Source: a virus (lineage: Duplodnaviria > Caudoviricetes). Taken from it: a stretch of DNA of 64,000 bases. A program made the translations under genes and the position numbers. Under the pieces are notes generated by a model. It was given only the letters and a program-made list of their open reading frames with translations. It was not told the origin of the DNA and searched no databases. Positions within the stretch are counted from its first letter, which is position 1; every line of letters begins with the position of its first letter. The DNA is taken from positions 20,369-84,368 of the IMG/VR virus record IMGVR_UViG_3300020045_004648. One strand, 5' to 3'. This document shows positions 17,957 through 27,673 of the stretch, one piece after another.

Positions 17957-18112
17957 ATGCAAAACACAAAACAACGCTACGTGGCTAAGTTCGTAAATGG
18001 CTTCCACGTCTCATTCGACACAGAAGCCTACGAGAACACACGAGTGTTTTACTTGAAGCGTGATACCGATGAAGCGGTTAAACGGATGAACAACCAACAA
18101 GGAGGTAAGTGA
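17957..18112 (+). CDS. Small hypothetical protein
   Basis: AAGGAG SD before ATG 17957. Confidence 0.55.
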   Translation: MQNTKQRYVAKFVNGFHVSFDTEAYENTRVFYLKRDTDEAVKRMNNQQGGK

Positions 18113-18252
18113 AAATGAGTGAACAAGAGATTTTGGACGATATGCGCAAAGAAGCCAAAGGGCGTAACGAAGCGGAGAAGAAACGTGCAGCAGATCGTCT
18201 GCGTAAGAATGCAGAGTATAACAAGGCTAACAAACCTAAGAAGTAAAGGAAT

Positions 18253-18522
18253 ATGCAGGCAGTAACTTCGAGTATTGTTTCCCGTACAGCACATGAGTAC
18301 ATCAAGAGTACAGACGCATTAAGTTTTGGTGCTGGCTTACTTCACGGGATTAATCAAGTCTGTAGATGCTGTAAATCTACAGATACTAGACAACTTCATG
18401 GTGAAGAACTAAGACCTTGGAGTGAATTTTATACAACGTTAGAGTTCAAAGCCTATCGTTGTAATGTATGTGACTATCCATTTAGTTGGTATAAGGGGAA
18501 ACAGAATGAAACAAAGTACTAA
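18253..18522 (+). CDS. Small Zn-ribbon-like protein
   Basis: AAGGA SD; CRCC...CNVC. Confidence 0.6.
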   Translation: MQAVTSSIVSRTAHEYIKSTDALSFGAGLLHGINQVCRCCKSTDTRQLHGEELRPWSEFYTTLEFKAYRCNVCDYPFSWYKGKQNETKY

Positions 18523-18724
18523 AGTTAAAAATGCCATTAGCAAGGCAGCACGAGAAATTCCTATTATTGCATGGGCAGTAGAAGCAGATGGGATTATTAA
18601 TCCTGTATACGTTTACCGTACACGCTCAACAGCACGACAACTGTGTAATGACTTGGAGGTTTATGGAAAGGAAAGAAAAGTCCATGTTCGCAAAGTTGCA
18701 ATGTATGTTATTCCAGGGCGGTGA
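18506..18724 (+). CDS. Hypothetical protein
   Basis: AAGGGG SD before ATG 18506. Confidence 0.55.
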   Translation: MKQSTKVKNAISKAAREIPIIAWAVEADGIINPVYVYRTRSTARQLCNDLEVYGKERKVHVRKVAMYVIPGR

Positions 18725-18758
18725 TTATGAATACCAAGTTTGGAACAAAGGAGTTATA

Positions 18759-18935
18759 TTGAGTACTTACGAAAAATTCACTTGGGTAGTTGAGTACACC
18801 CTTTCAATAATCCTAATGTTGATTGTGTTTGGTGTAGGAGGTGTTCTTACACTTATATCAGTCGGAATTGTTATGGGTGTGCATTACTTGTTGTATGGAG
18901 TTAATTTACTGCTTGGTAAATTGTTGAAACGTTAA
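18759..18935 (+). CDS. Small membrane protein
   Basis: AAGGAG SD before TTG; long hydrophobic stretch. Confidence 0.55.
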   Translation: MSTYEKFTWVVEYTLSIILMLIVFGVGGVLTLISVGIVMGVHYLLYGVNLLLGKLLKR

Positions 18936-18952
18936 CTTAAAGGAAATTAAAA

Positions 18953-19225
18953 ATGAAAGAGAATAACGGAGTTATGAACAATGTGGCTGAAGAACAAAAG
19001 ATACATCAATCACAAAAAGATATTGTTGCACGCTTAGTGCGTTTGTACAGTGCACAGGATTCGATCAATGAGGAGGTGAAAGAAGTGAAAGGTGATGCCA
19101 AGAAAATTGGCTATAAATCTGCACTGCTTGCCAAAGTTGCAAAAGCGATCTGTGCAGCAAAGACTGGTGAGTTGCTTGCACAGTCTGAAGAGATTCAGGA
19201 GATTATTGAAGAGGTTCGGAGTTAA
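18953..19225 (+). CDS. dsDNA-binding protein, T4 DsbA/GapR(DUF2312)-like
   Basis: RLVRLYSAQDSINEEVKEVKGDAKKIGY helical pattern. Confidence 0.55.
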   Translation: MKENNGVMNNVAEEQKIHQSQKDIVARLVRLYSAQDSINEEVKEVKGDAKKIGYKSALLAKVAKAICAAKTGELLAQSEEIQEIIEEVRS

Positions 19226-19230
19226 AGATT

Positions 19231-19250
19231 GACCCTTCGGGGTCTTTCTG
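19231..19250 (+). terminator. Intrinsic terminator
   Basis: GACCC-TTCG-GGGTC followed by TTTCTG. Confidence 0.8.
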
Positions 19251-19268
19251 TGAAGAAAGGAGGGACTA

Positions 19269-20246
19269 TTGAGTAAGATTTTATGCTTCGATTACGATGC
19301 AGTGATTCACAGAAGTTCTGCAATGGCCCAAAAGAATAGTATTTCATGTTTGCACAAACCTACAGGAGAAGTTTTTACTTTTGGTACTCGCACTGAATTC
19401 TATGGGCGTGACAAGAAGAAATCTGGTGGGTGGTTATCTGGTCAAGATGGTTTTATTCTGGAAGACTTTGAAATTCAGAATGTAGTGACACCTGAACCTG
19501 TAGAAAATGCACTGCATACAGTCAAGGTAACTATTGGAGCTATTCTTGATAAGTTTGATTGCAAGAACTATTATGGTTATGTAGGTGGAACTGGAAACTT
19601 TAGACTTGACATTGCTACTTTACTTCCCTATAAGGGAAACAGAACAGCACCAAAACCAGTCCATCATGCAGCGTGTAGAGATTATGTGATTTCAAATCAT
19701 AATGCAAGAGTAGCTAACGGTTCCGAGAGTGACGATCATCTCGTGACTGATGCTTACAACGCATTAAAAGAGAAGAAGCCGTGGCTTGGGATTATTGCTG
19801 AAAAGGACTACAAAGGTTGTGACGGTGACTGGTATGATTACACCAAGCAGGATATGAAGAAGATCAGAGGTTTTGGTAAGTTATGGAGGGGACCAGATGG
19901 TGTCGATGGTTACGGTAGGATGTTTAAGTACTACCAGGCTTGCAGCTCTGACGATTCGGACAACTACAGAGCACATTGCTTCTCTGACAAAGAGAATGGT
20001 CCTGTAACAGCGTACAACGCCCTCAAGGACTGCAAGAACGACACAGAAGCTTTTATTGCTATGAGGGATCACTTTAAGTATCTATACCCTGAGCCGAAGG
20101 TAATCACAAATTGGCGTAACGAGTCTCTTGAAATTGATTGGTTTTATGTGATGCGTGAGATGTTTGATTTAGCACATCTACAAAGATGGCCTAATGACCG
20201 AATAGACCTAAAGAAAGCTTTTAAAGGATTGGGGGTTGAAATATGA
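19269..20246 (+). CDS. 5'-3' exonuclease, T7 gp6/FEN-like
   Basis: FDYD, NFR...YKGNR..KP, ESDD, EKD acidic motifs. Confidence 0.85.
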   Translation: MSKILCFDYDAVIHRSSAMAQKNSISCLHKPTGEVFTFGTRTEFYGRDKKKSGGWLSGQDGFILEDFEIQNVVTPEPVENALHTVKVTIGAILDKFDCKNYYGYVGGTGNFRLDIATLLPYKGNRTAPKPVHHAACRDYVISNHNARVANGSESDDHLVTDAYNALKEKKPWLGIIAEKDYKGCDGDWYDYTKQDMKKIRGFGKLWRGPDGVDGYGRMFKYYQACSSDDSDNYRAHCFSDKENGPVTAYNALKDCKNDTEAFIAMRDHFKYLYPEPKVITNWRNESLEIDWFYVMREMFDLAHLQRWPNDRIDLKKAFKGLGVEI

Positions 20247-20566
20247 ATAACTTTGAGAGCCTGCAAGACTGGTCTAAGAATTTTGGGGCTAAACAGGAAC
20301 GATTGCAAGGAATCTTAGACAGTAAATTCTTTAAAGGGTTAATTCAAAGAAGCCAAGCAAAGAAAGAAGAATCTTCTAATGTTACCTACATTTCAATTTT
20401 ACTTGCAGATTGTATACAGAACGGACAACTGATAGAGAAATCTGATGGGCAGTTTACAGGAGGTTATTCCGTTAGTGTATACCGTTACAATGATGAAGTA
20501 ATTGAGTTCGGATACCAAGATGGTAGGGTATATGATATGACTAGGTTTGATGGGGAGTTATATTGA
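20243..20566 (+). CDS. Hypothetical protein
   Basis: ATGA-coupled ORF. Confidence 0.6.
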   Translation: MNNFESLQDWSKNFGAKQERLQGILDSKFFKGLIQRSQAKKEESSNVTYISILLADCIQNGQLIEKSDGQFTGGYSVSVYRYNDEVIEFGYQDGRVYDMTRFDGELY

Positions 20567-21066
20567 CAAAAGAGTTGTACAACCCAAGGGATAAAGCAGA
20601 AGTACGAGATTTACTCCTTAAAGAGCAAGGAAACAAGTGCGTAATCACTGGCCTGCCACTAGACAAGCGTGAATCAGTTTTGGAACATGCTCACGACGAT
20701 GAGATGTTTGTACGTGGGGTAGCCAGTAGAGCAGCTAATAGCGCCTTGGGAGTACTAGAGAATGCGTTTAAACGGTATTGTGCGTGGTGGTTCCCCGGTA
20801 CACTCAGTGAGTTCTTGAGGAAGTGTGCAAGTTTCCTAGAACGCCCTGTTGATAAACGATTCAGGCATGATCAGTGGTTGAAGAAATCCGGGATTTTGTT
20901 CAACAAGTTATCAGAAGGACAAAAGAAAGAAGTTCTGCACTTACTAGGGCAACCTCAAGGAAGTAACGCTACTGAGCGTAAGAAACTCTTTCGTTCTGCC
21001 CTGATGACTCGAAAGTTTAGTTATGAAGATGTAAAGAAGATTATTCAACAAAGGAAACAAGCATGA
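20563..21066 (+). CDS. Recombination endonuclease VII-like resolvase
   Basis: KCVIT...VLEHAHD...VRG...AN..LG. Confidence 0.8.
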   Translation: MTKELYNPRDKAEVRDLLLKEQGNKCVITGLPLDKRESVLEHAHDDEMFVRGVASRAANSALGVLENAFKRYCAWWFPGTLSEFLRKCASFLERPVDKRFRHDQWLKKSGILFNKLSEGQKKEVLHLLGQPQGSNATERKKLFRSALMTRKFSYEDVKKIIQQRKQA

Positions 21067-21287
21067 AATTTAAACTACAATCCACAGATGGTGATGGTAC
21101 TATTGTCACGCACGAATTTGAGTCAGAAACTTGGTATGAAAGCCTTGATCAATTTGTAAGATTTCTCCGTGGTAGTGGATATCTTTTGAAGAATGACAGT
21201 GTAGGTATCAATCTTGCTGCAGGGCATAGGTTTGTTACAGAAGAAGAATATTACAATGTTACTTACTTTAATTCTGAGGAGGAATAA
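21063..21287 (+). CDS. Hypothetical protein
   Basis: Coupled ORF. Confidence 0.6.
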   Translation: MKFKLQSTDGDGTIVTHEFESETWYESLDQFVRFLRGSGYLLKNDSVGINLAAGHRFVTEEEYYNVTYFNSEEE

Positions 21288-21290
21288 GCA

Positions 21291-22211
21291 TTGTATTCAC
21301 AAGAAACAAAGGATAAATTTGTAGCCCTAAAGAAACTTGGGTTATCTTCTAGGGAAATTGCTAAGGCTGTCCTTGGGTCAGAAAGTAAAAAGAGTAGTGT
21401 GAATAACATTTTGAATTCGGGAAGCAAGAATACAAAGTCTGAACCTACTGAGAAGAAAGGCTTGAAGATTCTCTTCGTGCCTGACTGTCAAGTCCGTAAA
21501 GGTGTAGACACTACTTATCTTTCAGCGATTGGTCAGTACATCGTTGACAAGAAACCTGATGTCGTTGTAAATATAGGTGATTTCTATGATATGCCTAGTC
21601 TGTCAATTTACGATAAGGGTAAACTAAGTTTTGAAGGACGTAGGCTTGCTGAGGATATTGCTGCTGGTAAAGAAGGAATGAAGAAGTTCTTGAAACCTCT
21701 ACGAGATTACCAGAGGACTGATCCTTCATATCAACCCAGGATGGTATTCTGTTTAGGAAATCACGAAGAACGTTTGCAACGAGTTCCTAGCAACAACAGT
21801 GAATTTGAAGGTTTTATTGGGTATCACTTGCTTGAACTGGAGAAAGACTGGGAAGTTGTAGATTATTTAAAACCTATCAATATCCAAGGTATCAACTTTG
21901 TACATTACCTTAGCCATCCGATGACAGGTAAACCCTACGGGGGTACAGCAGCGTCAATGCTCAAGAATGTAGGATGTTCTTTCTGTGTTGGTCACAAACA
22001 AACACTTGAAGTAGCAATTCAACCTGTTATGGATGGTACAATGCGGCTAGGGATTGTTGCTGGAGCTAGCTACTTGTTTGATGAGCCTTATAAGAATGCA
22101 GGATTTGGTAATCTGCATTTCAGAGGTGTTGTAATGCTTCATGATGCTAAGAATGGATTTGCTGATCCTAGTTTTATTTCTACTAAGTTTTTAATAGAGA
22201 GGTTGGGATGA
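21291..22211 (+). CDS. Calcineurin-like metallophosphoesterase with N-terminal HTH-like segment
   Basis: PDCQ, GDFYD, GNHE, HY, GHKQ motifs. Confidence 0.82.
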   Translation: MYSQETKDKFVALKKLGLSSREIAKAVLGSESKKSSVNNILNSGSKNTKSEPTEKKGLKILFVPDCQVRKGVDTTYLSAIGQYIVDKKPDVVVNIGDFYDMPSLSIYDKGKLSFEGRRLAEDIAAGKEGMKKFLKPLRDYQRTDPSYQPRMVFCLGNHEERLQRVPSNNSEFEGFIGYHLLELEKDWEVVDYLKPINIQGINFVHYLSHPMTGKPYGGTAASMLKNVGCSFCVGHKQTLEVAIQPVMDGTMRLGIVAGASYLFDEPYKNAGFGNLHFRGVVMLHDAKNGFADPSFISTKFLIERLG

Positions 22212-22408
22212 AAATCAAAATAACAAATTGTAGTGATAGCCTCTTTTGGTATAGAGGTAATATCGGAAAAGTATTCCAAGTGTACCGACTAGACACAGAC
22301 AGATACTGGACTAGAGAGCAAAACGAAACAGGTTATCTTAACTTTGTTTTGTTTAAAGATTGTGAAGTTTATAAGGAGAAGCAGAAAGATGAGACTAATT
22401 GTCAATGA
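22208..22408 (+). CDS. Hypothetical protein
   Basis: Coupled ORF. Confidence 0.55.
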   Translation: MKIKITNCSDSLFWYRGNIGKVFQVYRLDTDRYWTREQNETGYLNFVLFKDCEVYKEKQKDETNCQ

Positions 22409-22649
22409 TACTTGCTATACTCACTTAATGTGGATGCTAACATTCAGATCGCGTGAGTTTTCAAAGGCTGTTTATAAGTATGAATGCAGTAGTCCAAGAT
22501 TTGATTTTGAAGGGATTGCTGGTTATATAGAATGTGAACTATCCTTTGAGATTCAAGACCTTGCACTGTTTTCTAAAATATTCTTTGAGTGGTATACTAC
22601 AGAAAATCGATCTGAGTTTTATGATCAGATTGTAAGAGAACAATGTTAA
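22389..22649 (+). CDS. Hypothetical protein
   Basis: ORF in the array. Confidence 0.5.
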   Translation: MRLIVNDTCYTHLMWMLTFRSREFSKAVYKYECSSPRFDFEGIAGYIECELSFEIQDLALFSKIFFEWYTTENRSEFYDQIVREQC

Positions 22650-22665
22650 TTTATAAGGAAGAAAA

Positions 22666-23136
22666 TTGAAAGAACTAACCTATCTATATGAGAACTCTTT
22701 ACGTGCTTGTGAGATGGCAGGACAAGATAAAGAGGTAACACCAAAGTACCGAAAACAACAACTATCTTATATCCAAAGTGAAGTAGCAGAACTACAAGAT
22801 TCTCTAGATTTTGAAGACCTCGCAGAAGAGTTAGACGCTTGTATAGACATCTTAGTAACTGTCTTTGGTTACCTCGGTAAACTAGAACGTCTAGGAGCAA
22901 GGGTTGATAAAGCAATGGTAAAGACTGCTGATAATAACCTCTCTAAGTTTCCAACAACTATTGAAGAAGTCAAACAGACACAGAAGTTTTACAACGAAGT
23001 TAAACACAAGGATACTACTTTCGGTTATAATTCTGACTACAAACGCTATGTGGTCCGAGATATGAATGGTAAGTACTTAAAACCAAGTAGCTTTGTAGAG
23101 AATGATTTGAGTGACTGTTTTAGTAAGGAGGATTAA
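22666..23136 (+). CDS. MazG-like/PRA-PH-like nucleoside triphosphate pyrophosphohydrolase
   Basis: SEVAEL...LDACIDILV...NNLSK EXXE/D metal motif. Confidence 0.75.
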   Translation: MKELTYLYENSLRACEMAGQDKEVTPKYRKQQLSYIQSEVAELQDSLDFEDLAEELDACIDILVTVFGYLGKLERLGARVDKAMVKTADNNLSKFPTTIEEVKQTQKFYNEVKHKDTTFGYNSDYKRYVVRDMNGKYLKPSSFVENDLSDCFSKED

Positions 23137-23501
23137 TGATTGAAGCAACAGGGATCAAAAATGACTCAGATAAACGCCAGTGGTGGTATATGGATTCTTT
23201 CTGGCCTGATCTTGAAGAGGTGGTAGAAGTTCTGGAGATTGGTGACACTAAGTATCCTGCAGAGGATGGCAGCAATTGGAAGCGTCTAGATAATCCCCAG
23301 AAACGCTTCAATGATGCTTTGTTTAGGCACATGAAGGAGTACAGAACAGGTAATAAAATTGATAGTGAAACAGGTAAGAGTCACCTTGCTCACTTGATTA
23401 CTAATGCACTATTTCTTATGTACTTTGACCGTCAGCAGGAGGACAGCAAAACTGTAGATCAAAAGGTTCTAAAGAAGTATTTGAAATGGAGTAAACAATG
23501 A
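23136..23501 (+). CDS. dATP/dGTP diphosphohydrolase-like protein (DUF5664)
   Basis: GIKNDSDK...GDTKY...NWK...ALFRH...IDSETGKSHLAH. Confidence 0.8.
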   Translation: MIEATGIKNDSDKRQWWYMDSFWPDLEEVVEVLEIGDTKYPAEDGSNWKRLDNPQKRFNDALFRHMKEYRTGNKIDSETGKSHLAHLITNALFLMYFDRQQEDSKTVDQKVLKKYLKWSKQ

Positions 23502-23725
23502 CACAAAAGATTGGCACTAACCCACCACCGACTTATTCAAAGCCACCTCCACCTAAAGCCAACAAGGGATATGAGGGGATGAGTAACGCAGAAGTATACG
23601 GAGCACTCGCTTTAATTTTGATCGAGTTGCAAGAGATTAACGCAAGGCTTGACAATATGGTCAATAGTAAAGAACCAACTGAGATTGGCATTACGTTTAA
23701 CAATACCATGAAAGGAACTAAATGA
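23498..23725 (+). CDS. Hypothetical protein
   Basis: Coupled ORF; Pro-rich N-terminus. Confidence 0.55.
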   Translation: MTQKIGTNPPPTYSKPPPPKANKGYEGMSNAEVYGALALILIELQEINARLDNMVNSKEPTEIGITFNNTMKGTK

Positions 23726-23928
23726 AAGAAGATAACAAAGCAGTGAGCGATAAGACTAAAGAACCCAAGAAAACCTCTGAGAAGAAAACCTATAAACTAA
23801 GGGATGAAGTGAAATACAAAGGGGGAGACTACAAAGTAGTTGAAGTGCTAGAAGATGAAAAGGTTCATTTGAAGAATCTGAATAGCCCTCGGAGTAGTTT
23901 TATTGTAAGTGAAAGTGAAATTGGATGA
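23722..23928 (+). CDS. Hypothetical protein
   Basis: Coupled ORF. Confidence 0.55.
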   Translation: MKEDNKAVSDKTKEPKKTSEKKTYKLRDEVKYKGGDYKVVEVLEDEKVHLKNLNSPRSSFIVSESEIG

Positions 23929-24860
23929 GTTTTAATTCAGTAAAAGTAATCCAAGATAGCATTAACACTTCCGGTAATCGCTTGATTACTTACGAGATTG
24001 AGACTTACCGCTACATTTGGGCAGAGGTGCTTACACACAAGATGCTCAATAAGAATGCGCAATCTTCCAGGGCTGTTCCTGTTAAGTCCGTCTTAAGTAT
24101 CAATGAATCTGATCCTATAACACCTATTGTATGGGGGAAGAACAAAGGGGGTATGTCAGCTACTGAACAGTTTGAGGGTGAAGAACTAAAAGTAGTTAAA
24201 GCCTTGTGGATAGAAGCAGCAAGGAATGCTTTTGATTCATCCAGAAAACTCTCAGAGGCTGGTCTACATAAGATGTGGGCAAATCGAGGCACAGAGGCTT
24301 ACAGTCGTATCAAGGTTGTAATGTCTGGTACAGAGTGGGATAACTTTGAATGGCTTCGAGATGATCCTGCTGCAGCACAACCTGAGATTGTTGACCTTGC
24401 ACGGAAAATTAAAGCGGCTAAAGCGGATAGTTCACCTTTTCTGTTATTCCCAGGACAAGCACATGTCCCTTACGTTGAAAGACAACCTTCAGATTTTGGT
24501 GATAATCCAAGGGATGTGCATTACTACATTCCCGGTGAAGGCAGGGTTGGATTAGACATCGCTTTGAAGATCAGTGCCAGTTGTACAGGGCAGATTTCAT
24601 ATAGAAAACTTGATGACTCTTTTGATAAAGCGATGCAAATTTATGACCGACTGTTCGATGGGCCTAAACCACATTTTTCCCCTTCGGAGCACCAGGGCAT
24701 TGCAATGCAAAATACAAAGCAAGGGTTAATCAGCCGTGTGTTTAATCTTCCTTGGGAAGAAGGTGTAAGCCATGTTGACCGAGAGGGTTACTTCTGGAGT
24801 GCAAATCTGAAAGGTTTTATTCAGCACCGAAAGTTGATTGAGAACCGAATTAACTTGTAA
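23925..24860 (+). CDS. thyX: Flavin-dependent thymidylate synthase-like protein
   Basis: AEVLTHKMLNKNAQSSRAVPV (variant of the RHRxxS motif), HKMWANR, AQPEI. Confidence 0.75.
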   Translation: MSFNSVKVIQDSINTSGNRLITYEIETYRYIWAEVLTHKMLNKNAQSSRAVPVKSVLSINESDPITPIVWGKNKGGMSATEQFEGEELKVVKALWIEAARNAFDSSRKLSEAGLHKMWANRGTEAYSRIKVVMSGTEWDNFEWLRDDPAAAQPEIVDLARKIKAAKADSSPFLLFPGQAHVPYVERQPSDFGDNPRDVHYYIPGEGRVGLDIALKISASCTGQISYRKLDDSFDKAMQIYDRLFDGPKPHFSPSEHQGIAMQNTKQGLISRVFNLPWEEGVSHVDREGYFWSANLKGFIQHRKLIENRINL

Positions 24861-24924
24861 TTATCATGAAGATATGGTAGAATTGAGGTTCTGCCGTTCT
24901 TCCTAAAAAGAATAAAGGAGTAAT

Positions 24925-25269
24925 ATGGCCCTAAATATTGCGGCAATAGTTTATATCAGTCTTAGCGAGATTCAAACGGTCGCTGACTGGATAACAGAGG
25001 AATTTATTGAAGAGAACCCGGATGTATTTCAGAAGATGCTATATGACTTAGGGATGGATATTTATAACTACCCCTGTTCTATTCAGAACGTAACACATCG
25101 TAATCGCTTCGGAAATCTTATCACTTGCCCACGGTGGGTTGGTAATGAACGAGTCGATCAAAATTGGGTGAGTAGTCCGTACAGTAGTGTTGAGGCTAGG
25201 GATAAGAGTTTGAACAACAGAATTTTGACTGACCTCTACAAGAGCAAGGGAATGGTAGAGATTGAGTAA
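24925..25269 (+). CDS. Hypothetical protein
   Basis: AAGGAG SD. Confidence 0.7.
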   Translation: MALNIAAIVYISLSEIQTVADWITEEFIEENPDVFQKMLYDLGMDIYNYPCSIQNVTHRNRFGNLITCPRWVGNERVDQNWVSSPYSSVEARDKSLNNRILTDLYKSKGMVEIE

Positions 25270-25293
25270 GATTTATAACAACAAAGGAAATTA

Positions 25294-27561
25294 ATGCAAC
25301 AAATTGATAATATTGGCAAGAAGATGCTATCTGAGAGTAAGTTTTTTATGGGTTACTCCCGCTGGGATGAAGTTGAAAATCGTTTTGAAACTTGGGATGA
25401 GGCGGTAGGTCGGGTGATGAACATGCACCGACAAAAGTACAAAACCAAGATGGCACCTCAACTTGAGGAACTTATCTCTTTTGCCGAAAAAGCGTATAAA
25501 GAAAAACGTGTGCTAGGTGCACAAAGAGCGTTGCAATTCGGGGGTGAACAACTGTTTAAACATGAAGCACGGATGTATAATTGCTGCGTAAGTCCAGCAG
25601 ATCGTGCAAGGTTTTTCCAAGAGACAATGTACATGCTTCTTTGTGGTTGTGGGGTGGGGTTTTCAGTTCAACACCAACATATTGCAAAACTCCCTAAGAT
25701 CAAGAAAAGGTTTGATAAGAAAAGTAAAGTATTTATTATCCCAGACTCTATTGAGGGGTGGGCAGATGCTTTTGGTGTTCTCCTATCAAGCTATTTTGTA
25801 GGTGGTGGTACTTTCCCAGAGTACGAAGGTTGTCAAGTACATTTTGATTTTAGTAAGATTCGCCCAAAAGGTGCATTGATTTCAGGTGGGTTTAAAGCCC
25901 CCGGTCCAGATGGGCTAAGGGATGCGCTAGTTAAGTGTGAACGACTACTGGACAACGAATTGAAGATTGCGGCTAAACTTGGCAAAGGTGGTGTACCGAA
26001 GATAGCAGGAGATGAAATTCCAATTCGACCCATCACGGCTTATGATTTTGTTATGCACATGTCAGATGCTGTTCTCTCTGGTGGTGTTCGCAGAAGTGCA
26101 ACTATTTGCCTGTTCAGTAAAGATGACAAGGAAATGCTTACTGCTAAGACGGGCAACTGGCATCTTGTTAATCCCCAGCGTGGTCGAAGTAACAACTCTG
26201 TGATGCTTATTCGTGATGAGGTAACTCGTGAAGAGTGGGCTGAAATTATGAAGAGTGTTAGGGATTTCGGTGAGCCGGGGTTTATCTTTACAGACAACTT
26301 AGACTTCCATTTCAACCCTTGCGTAGAGATTGGAATGTTACCTTTTGACCAACAAACAGGCGAAAGCGGCTGGCAAGTGTGTAACCTAACAGAGCAAAGC
26401 GGAGCACAATGTACGTCAAAAGAAGCCCTTATGATTTCTTGCAAAGCAGCAAGTATTCTAGGCACACTTCAAGCAGGTTACACGAATTTTAGCTACCTGA
26501 CACCTGTGTCAAAGAAGATCATTGAAAATGAAGCTTTGATTGGTGTATCAATCACCGGGTGGATGAACAATCCTGATGTGCTGTTTGACAAGCAGAACAT
26601 GATTGCTGCAGCAGAAGAAGTAAAGAAGTGGAACCGTGAAGTTGCTGGTTTGATTGGAATTAATGTTGCAGCTAGGACTACTTGTGTGAAGCCTTCTGGC
26701 AACGCATCTGTTCTGCTAAACACGGCATCTGGTATCCACGGTGAGCACTCTAAACGGTACTTTCGTAATGTCCAGATGAACGAACAAGACGATGTTCTTT
26801 CTTTACTTCAAGATGTAAATCCTGAGATGGTAGAGCCTAGTGTTTGGTCAAGTACTGGTACTGATTATGTTGTGAGTTTTCCTGTTGAGACTGTACCGGG
26901 GAGTATCACTAAAGATGAACTTCTTGGAGTCAAGCAGTTAGAGTATGTTAAACTTGCACAGCAGTACTGGGTTGAGCATGGTACAAATGTTGACTTGTGT
27001 GTTGACAAGAACCTTCGTCACAACGTCAGCAATACGATCACTGTAGACAACTGGGATGAAGTTGAGCAATACATCTTTGACAACCGTAAGTGGTTCGCTG
27101 GTATCTCTTTGTTGAGTGCAATGGGGGATAAAGCTTATCCACAAGCACCTTTCACTGAAGTGTTTACTGCAGAAGAAATTATGCAAAAGTACGGTGCTGC
27201 AAGTATGCTAGCAAGTGGCTTGATTGTAGACGCGCTGAGTACCTTTAATCAGAACCTATGGGGTGCTTGTGATACAGTGAATGGTTGGGGTGAAAAACTT
27301 GAAGCAGGACGTAAAGAACATCTTTTGAAGAATGATTGGATTCGCAGGGCAAAGAACTTTGCTGGTAATTATTTTAATGCTAATGTTCTTGAAATGACCA
27401 ACTGCTTGAAGGATTGCCACAACCTACACAAGTGGCTGACTGTCCAGCGTACAATGAAAGACATTTCTTTTTCGGAGGAATTGAAAGAAAAACACTTTGT
27501 TGATGCTGATACGCTTGCAAGTCAAGGGTGCGCTGGTGGGGTGTGCGAGATAGCGTGGTGA
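25294..27561 (+). CDS. nrdJ: Class II (B12-dependent, monomeric RTPR-type) ribonucleotide reductase
   Basis: YNCC, NPCVEI, CNLTE, TTCVKPSGNAS, C-terminal CAGGVCE; no small-subunit gene. Confidence 0.9.
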   Translation: MQQIDNIGKKMLSESKFFMGYSRWDEVENRFETWDEAVGRVMNMHRQKYKTKMAPQLEELISFAEKAYKEKRVLGAQRALQFGGEQLFKHEARMYNCCVSPADRARFFQETMYMLLCGCGVGFSVQHQHIAKLPKIKKRFDKKSKVFIIPDSIEGWADAFGVLLSSYFVGGGTFPEYEGCQVHFDFSKIRPKGALISGGFKAPGPDGLRDALVKCERLLDNELKIAAKLGKGGVPKIAGDEIPIRPITAYDFVMHMSDAVLSGGVRRSATICLFSKDDKEMLTAKTGNWHLVNPQRGRSNNSVMLIRDEVTREEWAEIMKSVRDFGEPGFIFTDNLDFHFNPCVEIGMLPFDQQTGESGWQVCNLTEQSGAQCTSKEALMISCKAASILGTLQAGYTNFSYLTPVSKKIIENEALIGVSITGWMNNPDVLFDKQNMIAAAEEVKKWNREVAGLIGINVAARTTCVKPSGNASVLLNTASGIHGEHSKRYFRNVQMNEQDDVLSLLQDVNPEMVEPSVWSSTGTDYVVSFPVETVPGSITKDELLGVKQLEYVKLAQQYWVEHGTNVDLCVDKNLRHNVSNTITVDNWDEVEQYIFDNRKWFAGISLLSAMGDKAYPQAPFTEVFTAEEIMQKYGAASMLASGLIVDALSTFNQNLWGACDTVNGWGEKLEAGRKEHLLKNDWIRRAKNFAGNYFNANVLEMTNCLKDCHNLHKWLTVQRTMKDISFSEELKEKHFVDADTLASQGCAGGVCEIAW

Positions 27562-27582
27562 TGTTGCTTTTCAGCAACCCAC

Positions 27583-27611
27583 TTGACAACTAAAATTTAA
27601 TGCAGTAAGAT
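27583..27611 (+). promoter_or_regulatory. sigma70-type promoter
   Basis: TTGACA-17 nt-TAAGAT. Confidence 0.6.
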
Positions 27612-27652
27612 ACCCAACATGGATCGCAAGGTCTTTGTTGGGTTTTCTTTTA
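27612..27652 (+). terminator. Terminator-like hairpin
   Basis: ACCCAACA...TGTTGGGT followed by TTTCTTTT. Confidence 0.6.
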
Positions 27653-27673
27653 TCTAAACGAAAGGAGTTTGAA

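Noticed and set aside
22666-23501. 2-aminoadenine (Z) genome system
   Set aside because: No PurZ-like ORF in the window, and an adenine methylase is present.
25294-27561. Inteins or introns in NrdJ, terminase or helicase
   Set aside because: Lengths and motif spacing look normal; no C...HN-C/S/T intein boundaries seen.
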